Shown here piece after piece: positions 9,995 through 18,609 of a stretch of 64,000 nt of DNA (positions are counted from its first letter, which is position 1; each line of letters opens with the position of its first letter). Below the pieces are notes generated by a model, which was not told the DNA's origin, made no database searches, and worked only from the letters and a program-made list of their open reading frames with translations. Made by a program: the position numbers and the translations under genes. The stretch covers positions 6,126 through 70,125 of the forward strand of contig JAPLVR010000004.1 in the NCBI GenBank assembly GCA_026397015.1, written 5' to 3'. This stretch comes from Candidatus Iainarchaeum sp. GTDB lineage: Archaea; Iainarchaeota; Iainarchaeia; Iainarchaeales; JAAZKV01.

Positions 9995-11260
9995 TTAGTC
10001 CTTCAAATATTTTTTCATTATTTCAATGAGTTTCGGCCGTGTAAAAAGCTTTTTGGCAAAAAGTTTCCCCTGCTCAACTTTTGTCATGTTCCCCTCGCCG
10101 ATCATTATCGCTTCCTCAACAGTAATGCTTTCAGCCAAATAGTTGAAATCATCGTCTGTAAGTTTTTCGAGCAGGTGCCTTCCCTTCAACCGCCTTTTCA
10201 GATGGTTTCCCCTTAACTCAAACCATTCCTTCGTGTATTGTTTCAAAAACTTTTTGGAAAAATTATTTGCTTTCAGCGCTTTCAGGGCAATTTTTCCCGC
10301 AAGGATTCCGCCTTCCATCGCTATTCCTATGCCGCCGCCATGAACGGGGTCAACCATATGCCCCGCGTCTCCCGCAACCAGTAAATTGTCTGCCTGCATT
10401 TCTTCCAGGAAACCGCCGACTGGAATTACGCCTGCATTAACTTCAATTATTGAGCCGTCTTTGAGCCCCGACTGGGTTTTGATCCACTTATCCAAATAAT
10501 ACTTAGCAGTTTTTTCCTCGAATGCGCCGATTCCTATTCCGACATTTGCTGTTCCTTTTCGCTTGGGAAAAATCCAACAATAACCACGCGGGGCCACACC
10601 TGTTCCGAAGTAAAGGTGCAGTAAATTCTCATCGTAGCCGCTTATGCCAGTCATTTCATACTGATAACCGGAATCGGTTTCGCGCAGATCAAGTTTTGTG
10701 TTCAAGTCAAGCATTTTTGCAGTCAATGAATCAACGCCGTCGCATGCGATAACTAATTTTGTCCTGAACTTTTTTATTTCATCGTTAGCTTCAACCAAAA
10801 GTTCGACTTCACCCGTTCCTTTTTCATCCCCTTCGCTTTCCCTTTTCAAATCTTCCTTTCTTTTTGCGCCGACCACTTGATGTTTCATCAAAATTTTTGC
10901 GCCCATCCTCACCGCTTCGATTGCCAACTCTTTTTCAAAAATTTTTCTTTCTAAAACATATCCTAAAACTTTTTTGTTTTTCATTTTTATGCTTTTTCCG
11001 TTCGGAGAGTAAAGCTGCGCCCCCTTGATTTCCTGAACAGCCCATTCTTTGTTCGGTTTCAAATTCGAGCGCTTAAATTCTTTCAAACCCAGCCCTTCGG
11101 CGCATCTCTTCGGGCACCCGATTTCCTGTTTCCTGTCTAAAACCAAAACTTTTGCTTTCCCATTTGCAAGTTCGGTTGCGGCTTTCAGGCCCGCAGGGCC
11201 AGCGCCGACAACAATAACGTCCCAAACTTCTGGATTCGCTTCCTCGTTCATAGTTTCCAC
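9995..11260 (-). CDS. Geranylgeranyl reductase family (digeranylgeranylglycerophospholipid reductase-like)
   Basis: DVIVVGAGPAG FAD motif, CAEG, APRGYCWIFPK, AGDAGHMVDPVHGGGI. Confidence 0.9.
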   Translation of the reverse strand: METMNEEANPEVWDVIVVGAGPAGLKAATELANGKAKVLVLDRKQEIGCPKRCAEGLGLKEFKRSNLKPNKEWAVQEIKGAQLYSPNGKSIKMKNKKVLGYVLERKIFEKELAIEAVRMGAKILMKHQVVGAKRKEDLKRESEGDEKGTGEVELLVEANDEIKKFRTKLVIACDGVDSLTAKMLDLNTKLDLRETDSGYQYEMTGISGYDENLLHLYFGTGVAPRGYCWIFPKRKGTANVGIGIGAFEEKTAKYYLDKWIKTQSGLKDGSIIEVNAGVIPVGGFLEEMQADNLLVAGDAGHMVDPVHGGGIGIAMEGGILAGKIALKALKANNFSKKFLKQYTKEWFELRGNHLKRRLKGRHLLEKLTDDDFNYLAESITVEEAIMIGEGNMTKVEQGKLFAKKLFTRPKLIEIMKKYLKD

Positions 11261-11353
11261 AATTTTTATTTTTAGTTTTTTTTGTGTTTTTTGCCATTTG
11301 TTTTTTTTCCACGATTTTTATTTTTTGTGTTTTTGCTATTTGATTTTTTCTTT

Positions 11354-11533
11354 TCATTTCTTTTCCAGGCTCATTGCGCCCACGGGGCAGATTTTTACGC
11401 AGCTGCCGCACGAAGTGCACTTCTTTTCATCGATTACGATGCGCGTGTCCTTCAAAAGAATCGCCTGAACGGGGCAGACGCCGACACAGCCCCCGCAATA
11501 CAGACACTTGTTCGAATTGTTTTTTGCAACCAA
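11354..11533 (-). CDS. 2[4Fe-4S] ferredoxin, 59 aa (below the ORF-track cutoff)
   Basis: Hand translation MVAKNNSNKCLYCGGCVGVCPVQAILLKDTRIVIDEKKCTSCGSCVKICPVGAMSLEKK; two CxxCxxCxxxCP motifs; TTG start with GGTGA RBS. Confidence 0.9.
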   Translation of the reverse strand: MVAKNNSNKCLYCGGCVGVCPVQAILLKDTRIVIDEKKCTSCGSCVKICPVGAMSLEKK

Positions 11534-11657
11534 TCAATCACCAGACTTCGCTCCAGTAATTGGCTAATGTAAGCTTTAAAATAATAATCGGGGCAAGGCT
11601 TTTTGGAGATTTGGGGTTTGAGTTTTCGTATGTTTTCTTGATACACTGAATTAATTT

Positions 11658-11897
11658 TTAACGGCGGGAAGCATTAGTTTTTTTCCGAAGCATGCGTTTG
11701 GCAAGAAGAAACTTCGCCCTGAGTGTTCTCGCAGCGATTCCAATGGCGCTAGCCTGTTCTTTCGTGTTTTCGAGGGTTTTGTATGAAACTTTTTCACGAA
11801 GATTCCTTGCAATGGCTTCTTCCGAGGCCTTTTTTTTCCAGTCGGGTTTTCCTTTCCCAGTCAGGAAATGCCTTTGCCCAATTGCCGCAATTTTCAT
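11658..11897 (-). CDS. Small basic hypothetical protein
   Basis: 79 aa ORF filling an intergenic gap, co-oriented with neighbours. Confidence 0.5.
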   Translation of the reverse strand: MKIAAIGQRHFLTGKGKPDWKKKASEEAIARNLREKVSYKTLENTKEQASAIGIAARTLRAKFLLAKRMLRKKTNASRR

Positions 11898-11940
11898 AAA
11901 TACAATTTATTTTTTAAAGTATAAAAAGGTTTTGCGGATT

Positions 11941-12468
11941 TCATCTGCCCAATCTGCGGTTCTTTAGTGCGTCGGCAATTAACAATGCGGCTGCAACTGT
12001 CAACCCGGTGATAATCCCATCCTTAGTACTATCCTGGTTCCACGTTTTTTGCAACTTTTTATTTATCAAATTTCTTTCTTCAGGTTCCAATATTCTATTT
12101 GCGGTTACAACCGCCGTTTCCAATCCCCCATATTTATACGCCTGTATTATTTGTGCTTTTTTGTTCTGAGGTAGCAGATTTGCTATTTCATTTTTTGTTT
12201 TTTGAGGAATCTTTTCCATTATTCTTTTCATTCCCCGCGAACTTATTTTCTCTCCATTGCGTATTTCCTGTGCTTCCATTTGTGCCTTTCTCAGAATCGC
12301 CCCTGATTTCTTTTGTAAGCCCACACTTTCTGCAGCTAATTCATATTGTGCTTCAATTGTTTGTGCCGGCACTTTTACTATGCCCAAACCAAGCGTTGCC
12401 GCAGCAGTTCCGATCAAAATTTTTCTACCCGCCCTTTTTATGAATCCTGGTCTTTTTGTTGGTTTCAA
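11941..12468 (-). CDS. Hypothetical secreted/membrane protein
   Basis: Basic n-region plus hydrophobic h-region (ILIGTAAATLGLGIV), C-terminal TM helix; GGTG RBS. Confidence 0.65.
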   Translation of the reverse strand: MKPTKRPGFIKRAGRKILIGTAAATLGLGIVKVPAQTIEAQYELAAESVGLQKKSGAILRKAQMEAQEIRNGEKISSRGMKRIMEKIPQKTKNEIANLLPQNKKAQIIQAYKYGGLETAVVTANRILEPEERNLINKKLQKTWNQDSTKDGIITGLTVAAALLIADALKNRRLGR

Positions 12469-12566
12469 TCAAACACCTTATTTATTTTTCATCCTTTGAA
12501 CTTAATAAATATACCTTTTTGAATTAATAAACTTTTTTTTCAAAGCGAGCTTTTTTGCTGGGCGCC

Positions 12567-13157
12567 TTACGGGCTCGGCCCGTCGAGGAACTGCTCGTAC
12601 TTATCCGAGTTGAATCTGTAAAGGAAATTTTTTATTTTTTGCCCGTTGAAGGAATATTTTTCCAAAACACTTTTTTTCTGCCCCAAAAATTTTTCGAAGT
12701 CGTGCTTCTGCGCAGGATCAAGAAGAATAAATTTTTCGCCGATTTTGGTGGTTACAAAAGCGTGCGTTCTAAGGCTTTCCAGCTCCGCGATTATGACTTC
12801 CGCTTTGCCGTCTCCCATGGCTTTCATTATTGAACAAATGAAAACAGCCAAATCCTCATCGTCCGCGACCTTTTGTTCGAGAACCTCTTTAGGGCTCATC
12901 CAATAGTTGAGGTTCAGTTCCGCGTCAACGAAAGTGATTTCTTCCCTTACAAAATTAAAAGCCGCTTTAAGTGCGCCTTCATATTTTTCCTCAAACAGGT
13001 AGCCTGCGCCCATGAAGTCCTGTGCCAGGCTTTGGATACTCAGGTCTGTGCCGTCAACCAGCGCCTTTATTTCGCCGATAGTGCGTTTTTCCCTCTCGTT
13101 TATGATGTCGCTGTACTTTTGAAGAAGAAATCTGCACAATTTGAGTTGGTTTTCCAT
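12567..13157 (-). CDS. Transglutaminase-like domain protein, catalytic Cys apparently replaced
   Basis: YWMSPKEVL...ADDEDLAVFICS...HAFV...LLDP matches GDCEDxA/H/D triad spacing but has Asp in place of Cys. Confidence 0.65.
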   Translation of the reverse strand: MENQLKLCRFLLQKYSDIINEREKRTIGEIKALVDGTDLSIQSLAQDFMGAGYLFEEKYEGALKAAFNFVREEITFVDAELNLNYWMSPKEVLEQKVADDEDLAVFICSIMKAMGDGKAEVIIAELESLRTHAFVTTKIGEKFILLDPAQKHDFEKFLGQKKSVLEKYSFNGQKIKNFLYRFNSDKYEQFLDGPSP

Positions 13158-13500
13158 CTTTCAAAATCCTCTTTTCCCAAATTTCTGTTCAAAAACGCCG
13201 TTAACTGTCCAAATGAAAAAATTTAGTATATACATAACTATTTGTTTGGTAAGGCTTAAAAATTGCTTTATTTCGGTCTTTTGGGGGCTTCCAAGCAACA
13301 TTCTATACCATTCTTTTATACCGTTGTGCAATCCTCTTCCCTTCCACCCGCACTCCCAAAATTCCTACACATGCCCCCCTTGCCCTTCCCATCATGAAAT
13401 TTCCAGAAACAGCGTCTCAGGCGTTTAAACCCGCTAAACGGTTTCATTTTCTAGCGCCCTTTACAGTTTTTCGGGCTAAAAATAGGCGCTTTTCCGGCTT

Positions 13501-14796
13501 TTACTCAACGAGAATAACCTGCCTTTTCATTGCGGTTGAACCAAATTCTTCCAGTGCCTTTAGCTGCTGTGAGATGCCCTGATTTGTCTTCTCAATTTCC
13601 TTTTCAATTCCGGAAATTCTTTCCCTTATGCCGTTTATTTCTTTTTCAATCTCCTTGAGCCTTTCCTTTTCATTTTCAACCGCTTTTTGCGCCGGATTTT
13701 TCTCAATTTCCTTTTCAATTTCTATCTGCCGCTTTTGCGCCTCGTTTATTTTCCAGAAAACGTTTTCAAAGAAATCAAAGGCGAGAAGCTCTTCAAGCGC
13801 GGCAAGCCTTTTTTCCTTTTCCTTGTCCTTCAGAACTATTTCTCCCCCCTCAATCGCCTTCTTTATTTCCTTCAAAACTTTTTTGAATTTTTCGGCCTTC
13901 GGATCCTTTTTCATGGCAAGCAGCGGGTTTACAATGAAGGCGTCCATTATTTCTTCCTCTTCTTTTGGAATGCGCCACCTTCCGGAACCTACCAATGACT
14001 TAAACCTTTGAAGCGGCCGGTCGATTGAATTTATGAGCGAAGAAACTTCCGAACGCAAATCCTGTTTTTTCGCCAAAAGCTCGTTTTTTTCCCCTTCAAT
14101 CACCTTTAGCTCCCTCATCCCCTGGCTGTTTAGTGAGACCTCTATCCTGGTTTCCTGATTTTTCAGCGCCTCGTTTTGTTCCTCCATTTTTTTCTTCAGA
14201 GCCTTCTTTTCCTCTTCCTTCTCCTTGATTATTTTTCTTTCTTCCCCTATTTTTTCCACCATCGCGCAGAATTTTTCAAATTCGAAAACACTTTTGCATT
14301 CGCCGAATTTCTGGTTCATCTCATGGAAAGAGTCAAGCATTTCCTGCAGAATATTTCCAAGTTCTTTCATCTCTTCCTTGATGAAAACGCTGGTATAAAC
14401 AATGTTTTTTCTGAAAGCGTTGATTTCGTTTATCATCAAAGCGAAGCCTTCGCCCGAGTATGCCCGCGCATCGCTCAGCGTCTTTCCCCTTTCTTTCGGG
14501 CCGAGCTTTTCCAACAGCTGCATAAGCTGCCTCTCGACCTGCTTTTTCGCCGTTACTGCCGCTTTGTTGAAGCGGGCGCCGCCCCTTTCCTCCCCGATTT
14601 CTTTTTTTTGGATGTCAACGAGCAATTTTACGGATTTGCCGTTTAAGTGCTTTATTTCCGCCATCTTTTTGGCGACGAAGTTCTCAAGCTCTTTTTCCCT
14701 GAGCTTGAAATCCTTTTCAATCATTCCGCGAAGAAGTTCCGGTGTCGTTCTTACCGGCCCGCTGTTTCCGCCGAAAAGTTTTTGCAGCAATCCCAT
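13501..14796 (-). CDS. Coiled-coil hypothetical protein
   Basis: 431 aa E/K-rich heptads, divergent from recJ. Confidence 0.65.
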   Translation of the reverse strand: MGLLQKLFGGNSGPVRTTPELLRGMIEKDFKLREKELENFVAKKMAEIKHLNGKSVKLLVDIQKKEIGEERGGARFNKAAVTAKKQVERQLMQLLEKLGPKERGKTLSDARAYSGEGFALMINEINAFRKNIVYTSVFIKEEMKELGNILQEMLDSFHEMNQKFGECKSVFEFEKFCAMVEKIGEERKIIKEKEEEKKALKKKMEEQNEALKNQETRIEVSLNSQGMRELKVIEGEKNELLAKKQDLRSEVSSLINSIDRPLQRFKSLVGSGRWRIPKEEEEIMDAFIVNPLLAMKKDPKAEKFKKVLKEIKKAIEGGEIVLKDKEKEKRLAALEELLAFDFFENVFWKINEAQKRQIEIEKEIEKNPAQKAVENEKERLKEIEKEINGIRERISGIEKEIEKTNQGISQQLKALEEFGSTAMKRQVILVE

Positions 14797-14886
14797 GCGA
14801 ATTCAACAGAATATAATGTGCTGATTGGTTAAAATTGTTTTGGTCAAATAACTGCCCACTTAACCGCAAACCAAAATCGAGTGTTT

Positions 14887-14918
14887 TACCGGCACAAGAG
14901 CCGCGCTTGTTTTATAAA
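14887..14918 (-). promoter_or_regulatory. Bidirectional TATA (TTTATAAA 14911-14918) with a CTTGTGCCGGTA motif copy on the minus side
   Basis: TATA lies ~23 nt before the recJ ATG (14941); the motif at 14887-14898 is shared with 16378, 18518 and 59694. Confidence 0.6.
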
Positions 14919-14940
14919 AACAACTTTCCAAAATCATTTT

Positions 14941-16365
14941 ATGGAACAAATGCTGAGAGATGAAAAGGGCTTTTTTTCCAAACTCGAAAAAATCGCTTCA
15001 GAAATAAAAAAGCGGGATGAGTTTGTTGTTGTATATCATTACGATGCGGACGGCTGTTCCGCCGGAGCCATAGTGGTAAAGGCGCTTGAAAGGGCAGGAA
15101 AAAAAGTTTCTACAATCTGCCTGAAACAGCTGTACAAGGAAAATATTTCGGAAATAAAGGCAATGGGAAAAAACTTTTTGTTTGTTGATTTCGGTTCCGG
15201 GCAATTAGAACACTTGATTGAAGGGTTTGGAAAAGATTTTTTTGTTTTGGACCACCACCAGCCCGCGCACCGCGGAGAAAAAATAATTGAGCATGAATGG
15301 CACGCGAACCCGATTTTGTTTGGGATGGATGGCGGGCATGAAATTTCAGGCGCAGGGGTCTCCTTTCTTTTCGCAACCACTTTGAACAAAAAAAACAAGG
15401 ACTTGGCTTACCTGGCAATAGTGGGCGCGATGGGCGACATGCAGGACTTTGGCGGCGCAGTAATAGGAAAAAATATGGAAATTTTAAAAATTGCGGAGCA
15501 GGAAAAACAAATTGAAATGAAAATTGATTTGCGCCTTTATGGAAGAATTTCCCGCCCGCTTATTTCATACCTGATGTTTTCCTCCAGCCCGATACTTCCG
15601 GGCTTGACAGCCAACCAGGAGAATTGCATTGCTTTTCTGAAGGAAAATGAAATTCCGCTGAAGAGAGAAGGGAGGGGTGAATGGCTGAGTTACGAGGACT
15701 TAAAGGAGGTGGAGAAAAAGAGGCTCTCCTCCGCCCTGATAAATTTGCTTTTTGATGCGAAGGTTCCGGAATGGAAAATAAAGGAATTAATCGGAGAAGT
15801 TTATACTCTTCTTAATGAGGAAAGAAAAAGCCCGCTCCGCGACGCGAAAGAATTTGCAACACTTCTGAATGCATGCGGGCGGCACGCAAAACCGGAAGTT
15901 GCCCTCGCCGTTTGCCTTGGCGACAGGGGCGAGGAATATGATAAAGCTCTTTTGCTGATGAGGGAGCACAGCACCGCGCTCCGCAAAGGAATTGAATTCG
16001 TTCATGAGCACGGAATTCAAGAAAGAAAATCGTATTATTTTTTTGATGCGGGAACAGAAATACAGGATTCTCTTGTCGGAATAGTCGCGGGAATGCTTTA
16101 CGGTTCTTTCATTCAGGAAAATAAACCGATAATCGCGCTGGCGCGCAACGGCGATGGAACGGTAAAGGTTTCGGGCAGAGGCACGAGTTATCTCGTTAGG
16201 CGCGGGCTGAACATCGGGCAGGCATTGAAAGATATTGAAAAAGAGATTCCGGGCGTTGAGGGCGGCGGGCACAGGATTGCAGCAGGCGCGAAAGTTCCCG
16301 AGGAAAAGCTGGGAGAATTTCTGCAAAAATTGGAAGAAAAATTTGAGAAGCAACTTCAAATCTAA
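14941..16365 (+). CDS. recJ: Archaeal RecJ/GAN-like DHH phosphoesterase
   Basis: HYDADG, DFGSG, DHH, GDMQ and C-terminal DHHA1 GGGHRIAAGA; in-frame ATG at 14941. Confidence 0.85.
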   Translation: MEQMLRDEKGFFSKLEKIASEIKKRDEFVVVYHYDADGCSAGAIVVKALERAGKKVSTICLKQLYKENISEIKAMGKNFLFVDFGSGQLEHLIEGFGKDFFVLDHHQPAHRGEKIIEHEWHANPILFGMDGGHEISGAGVSFLFATTLNKKNKDLAYLAIVGAMGDMQDFGGAVIGKNMEILKIAEQEKQIEMKIDLRLYGRISRPLISYLMFSSSPILPGLTANQENCIAFLKENEIPLKREGRGEWLSYEDLKEVEKKRLSSALINLLFDAKVPEWKIKELIGEVYTLLNEERKSPLRDAKEFATLLNACGRHAKPEVALAVCLGDRGEEYDKALLLMREHSTALRKGIEFVHEHGIQERKSYYFFDAGTEIQDSLVGIVAGMLYGSFIQENKPIIALARNGDGTVKVSGRGTSYLVRRGLNIGQALKDIEKEIPGVEGGGHRIAAGAKVPEEKLGEFLQKLEEKFEKQLQI

Positions 16366-16377
16366 TATTTATTTCTT

Positions 16378-16390
16378 TCACCGGCACGGG
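16378..16390 (-). repeat. 13-bp inverted repeat, left copy (TCACCGGCACGGG on +)
   Basis: Exact reverse complement of 18518-18530. Confidence 0.8.
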
Positions 16391-16394
16391 GCTT

Positions 16395-16790
16395 GTGTAA
16401 GAAGTCAATTCTGTGTAAATAGTCGGAATCTTGTTCAATATTGATAAGTGTGATGAAACTGTGTGCCTCATTCCAGCCAATTCTTGTATTTCCTTTGCAG
16501 TTTTTACATATCTCGGCTTTGGCTGAAGGCTATTTCTCCCTTCCCACGCCCAGAACGCCACCAATCAGCCCAGAATCCGATGCCGCCGTTAAAACAGAAA
16601 TCACCGAGCCAGAATATGACCCTTCACATTTCCCTTTTGTCAGAATCAGGCTTGCATAATGCCCTGACAGTTTTTTGTTCCTTTTGACAGGTTTTATTCG
16701 CGGGCATATTTTCGTTAAATCATCGGGTTCGTAGTTATTGCACAGGCCGCATGAAGAACAATATTCTGCCTTTTTGTTCACGTTATTCAC
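16395..16790 (-). pseudogene. FrhB/FdhB (F420 hydrogenase beta-like) N-terminal fragment, frameshifted and truncated
   Basis: CSSCGLC...CPR...SGSVISVL...LIGGVLGVG stops at 16530; homology continues in another frame (QPKPRYVKTAKEIQELAGMRHTVSSHLSIL) and ends near the repeat; GTG start overlaps the rSAM stop. Confidence 0.65.
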
Positions 16791-17910
16791 TTTCAAACTC
16801 GCCTGCTTTGGGGCATATCGGGTCTGGAGCATTTATTTTTCCATAATGGCCAAATGCTGCGCACCTGCAGCCGCCCTTGCACACCCCTCCGTACTTGCAC
16901 GAATTGCAGACGCTTAATGATTTAACATTCCTGAAGCAATTAAATATGGGGGATTTTTCCAACACTTCAAGTAAGTCGTCTTTTCTTATGTCGCCTGCGA
17001 TAAACTCGGAATAATTTCCGATTATGCAAGGGATTATTTTCCCGTCGGCTGTCAAGGAGCATGTTGCTTCGCCCTGAAGGCAGCTTCGGTAATAAATGTA
17101 TTTTTCCGCCTTTGTTCCGATTAAGTTCTCGATAAGATAATATGGTTCTTCCACATCTATTAAAACCGGTTTTTTCAGGCGCATATACCGGCGGGTTAAG
17201 GTTTCAAATAATTTTTGGTATTCAAAGTATGTTATGGATATTTCTTCGTACTTTTCATGCGCCATTCCGCATGGCATAAGCCGCATTAACCTAAATTCAT
17301 CCGCTCCCAAATTAAATGCGAGATTGAAGATGCCGGGGATTTCTTTGTAGTTTTTTCTCATAATTGTTGTGCAGATGCTCGTTCTTATCCCGAGTTTTAT
17401 TGCGAGATTAATGCTTTGAATGGCTTTGTCAAAAGCTCTTGTGCCCTTTATTTTGTCGTGTTTTTTCATATTGTCGGATTCCAGATTTATTTGAATCCTT
17501 TTCACGCCGGCATTTGCCAGAGCTTCAATTTTTTCCGGGAATAGCCCGTTTGATATGATTGAAGTGTGAATCTTTTTTTGGAGGGCATAGCTTAATATTT
17601 CAAAAATATCCTTCCGTTCTAATGGATCCCCCCCAGTGAATGTTATTGCGAGTATATTGTTTGCGGCAAGATAGTCAATAACCTTTTTTATCTCTGCGGT
17701 ATCCAGTTCTTTGCTTAGCGGTCTCGAAGGCTTCGCGTAGCAATACTCGCAATTGAGTTTGCATTTGTATGTAATGTCCCAGTAGATATGCCTAATTTTT
17801 GGCAGTTTGGAGCTTCGCTTCTTTTTTGAGTACGCTTTCGGTTCCCTTCTGAACAAAAATTTTATTCGAACCATTAATATTTTTTTGTTCAATCTACTTT
17901 TTAATACCAA
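16783..17910 (-). CDS. Radical SAM / SPASM-domain protein
   Basis: CKLNCEYC, FTGGDPL, SPASM Cys set (CLQG..C..PC ... CNSCKYGGVCKGGCRC ... DPIC); true start may be nearer 17877. Confidence 0.9.
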   Translation of the reverse strand: MVLKSRLNKKILMVRIKFLFRREPKAYSKKKRSSKLPKIRHIYWDITYKCKLNCEYCYAKPSRPLSKELDTAEIKKVIDYLAANNILAITFTGGDPLERKDIFEILSYALQKKIHTSIISNGLFPEKIEALANAGVKRIQINLESDNMKKHDKIKGTRAFDKAIQSINLAIKLGIRTSICTTIMRKNYKEIPGIFNLAFNLGADEFRLMRLMPCGMAHEKYEEISITYFEYQKLFETLTRRYMRLKKPVLIDVEEPYYLIENLIGTKAEKYIYYRSCLQGEATCSLTADGKIIPCIIGNYSEFIAGDIRKDDLLEVLEKSPIFNCFRNVKSLSVCNSCKYGGVCKGGCRCAAFGHYGKINAPDPICPKAGEFESE

Positions 17911-17985
17911 AATATTGTCCCTGATTGGTCATGCCCCCCAGAGAATCAATTTCCTTCTGAACCGGAGGGCGGTTCGGAAAACATT

Positions 17986-18141
17986 CAGGAAGAAGGGTTT
18001 TCGCAAGTTCCTTTTAATGACGCAATTCACGCAATACTGGCAAGGGACAACAAGGCGGTTGTGGTTACGAGGGGTGCGCATTTCGAAAAGCTCTTTGACA
18101 TTGCCGACGCAAAAAAGCCCGAAGAAGTAGTTTTTGATTAG
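17986..18141 (+). pseudogene. PIN-domain (VapC-like) C-terminal remnant
   Basis: Frame reads VPFNDAIHAILARDNKAVVVTRGAHFEKLFDIADAKKPEEVVFD*; no start codon; the conserved TRD reads TRG. Confidence 0.6.
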
Positions 18142-18167
18142 GTTGATGGCACAGTGTGGCGTATTGA

Positions 18168-18482
18168 TTAAACATATTTTTTTCCGGATGCAAACTGTTT
18201 CTTTGCATATTCCATGAATTCTTCGCCAGCCTTTTCCCGCAACTCTTGCCATTCCTCTTCGGTTTGCGCCTTCCCAAGCCCCTTAAATTTTCCCCTCATT
18301 GCAAATAATGCTTCCCACGCTTTCTGCTCGGCTTTCTCCTTTTCAAGCTTCTTCAATTTCTCGCGCACCGCATCCCTCAAAAAATCGGATTTTGTGCTGT
18401 AATGCGATTCCTTCATTCCCCTGTCAATCTGCCTGAGCACATTTTTTTCCAGCCTGAAACTCACATATTCCATGTAACACAA
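18168..18482 (-). CDS. Ribbon-helix-helix (CopG/VapB-like) regulator or antitoxin
   Basis: VSFRLEKNVLRQID...YSTKSDFLRDAVREKL RHH pattern. Confidence 0.8.
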   Translation of the reverse strand: MCYMEYVSFRLEKNVLRQIDRGMKESHYSTKSDFLRDAVREKLKKLEKEKAEQKAWEALFAMRGKFKGLGKAQTEEEWQELREKAGEEFMEYAKKQFASGKKYV

Positions 18483-18498
18483 TGTGGTACAAAAACTA

Positions 18499-18530
18499 TT
18501 TAAATACAGTTAGAACTCCCGTGCCGGTGA
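18499..18530 (+). promoter_or_regulatory. TATA box TTTAAATA plus CCCGTGCCGGTGA (right copy of the 13-bp inverted repeat)
   Basis: Upstream of the prenyltransferase gene; motif starts 11 nt after the TATA. Confidence 0.65.
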
Positions 18531-18609
18531 GATGGTCATTTCCAAATGCTTTTTAACGAATTAGTTTCTATTCTATTGCGGTTATTGCAGTTTTTTTACG
18601 GGCGGTTAA

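Noticed and set aside
13420-13440. GGCGTTTAAACC shared with ~58296 and TTAAACCCGC shared with the metK leader
   Set aside because: Short, partly palindromic AT-core matches with no consistent position; not distinguishable from chance.
16530-16532. Pyrrolysine/selenocysteine read-through or an alternative genetic code at the TAG in the FrhB-like gene
   Set aside because: Homology continues in a different frame, indicating a frameshift; all other genes end normally under the standard code.
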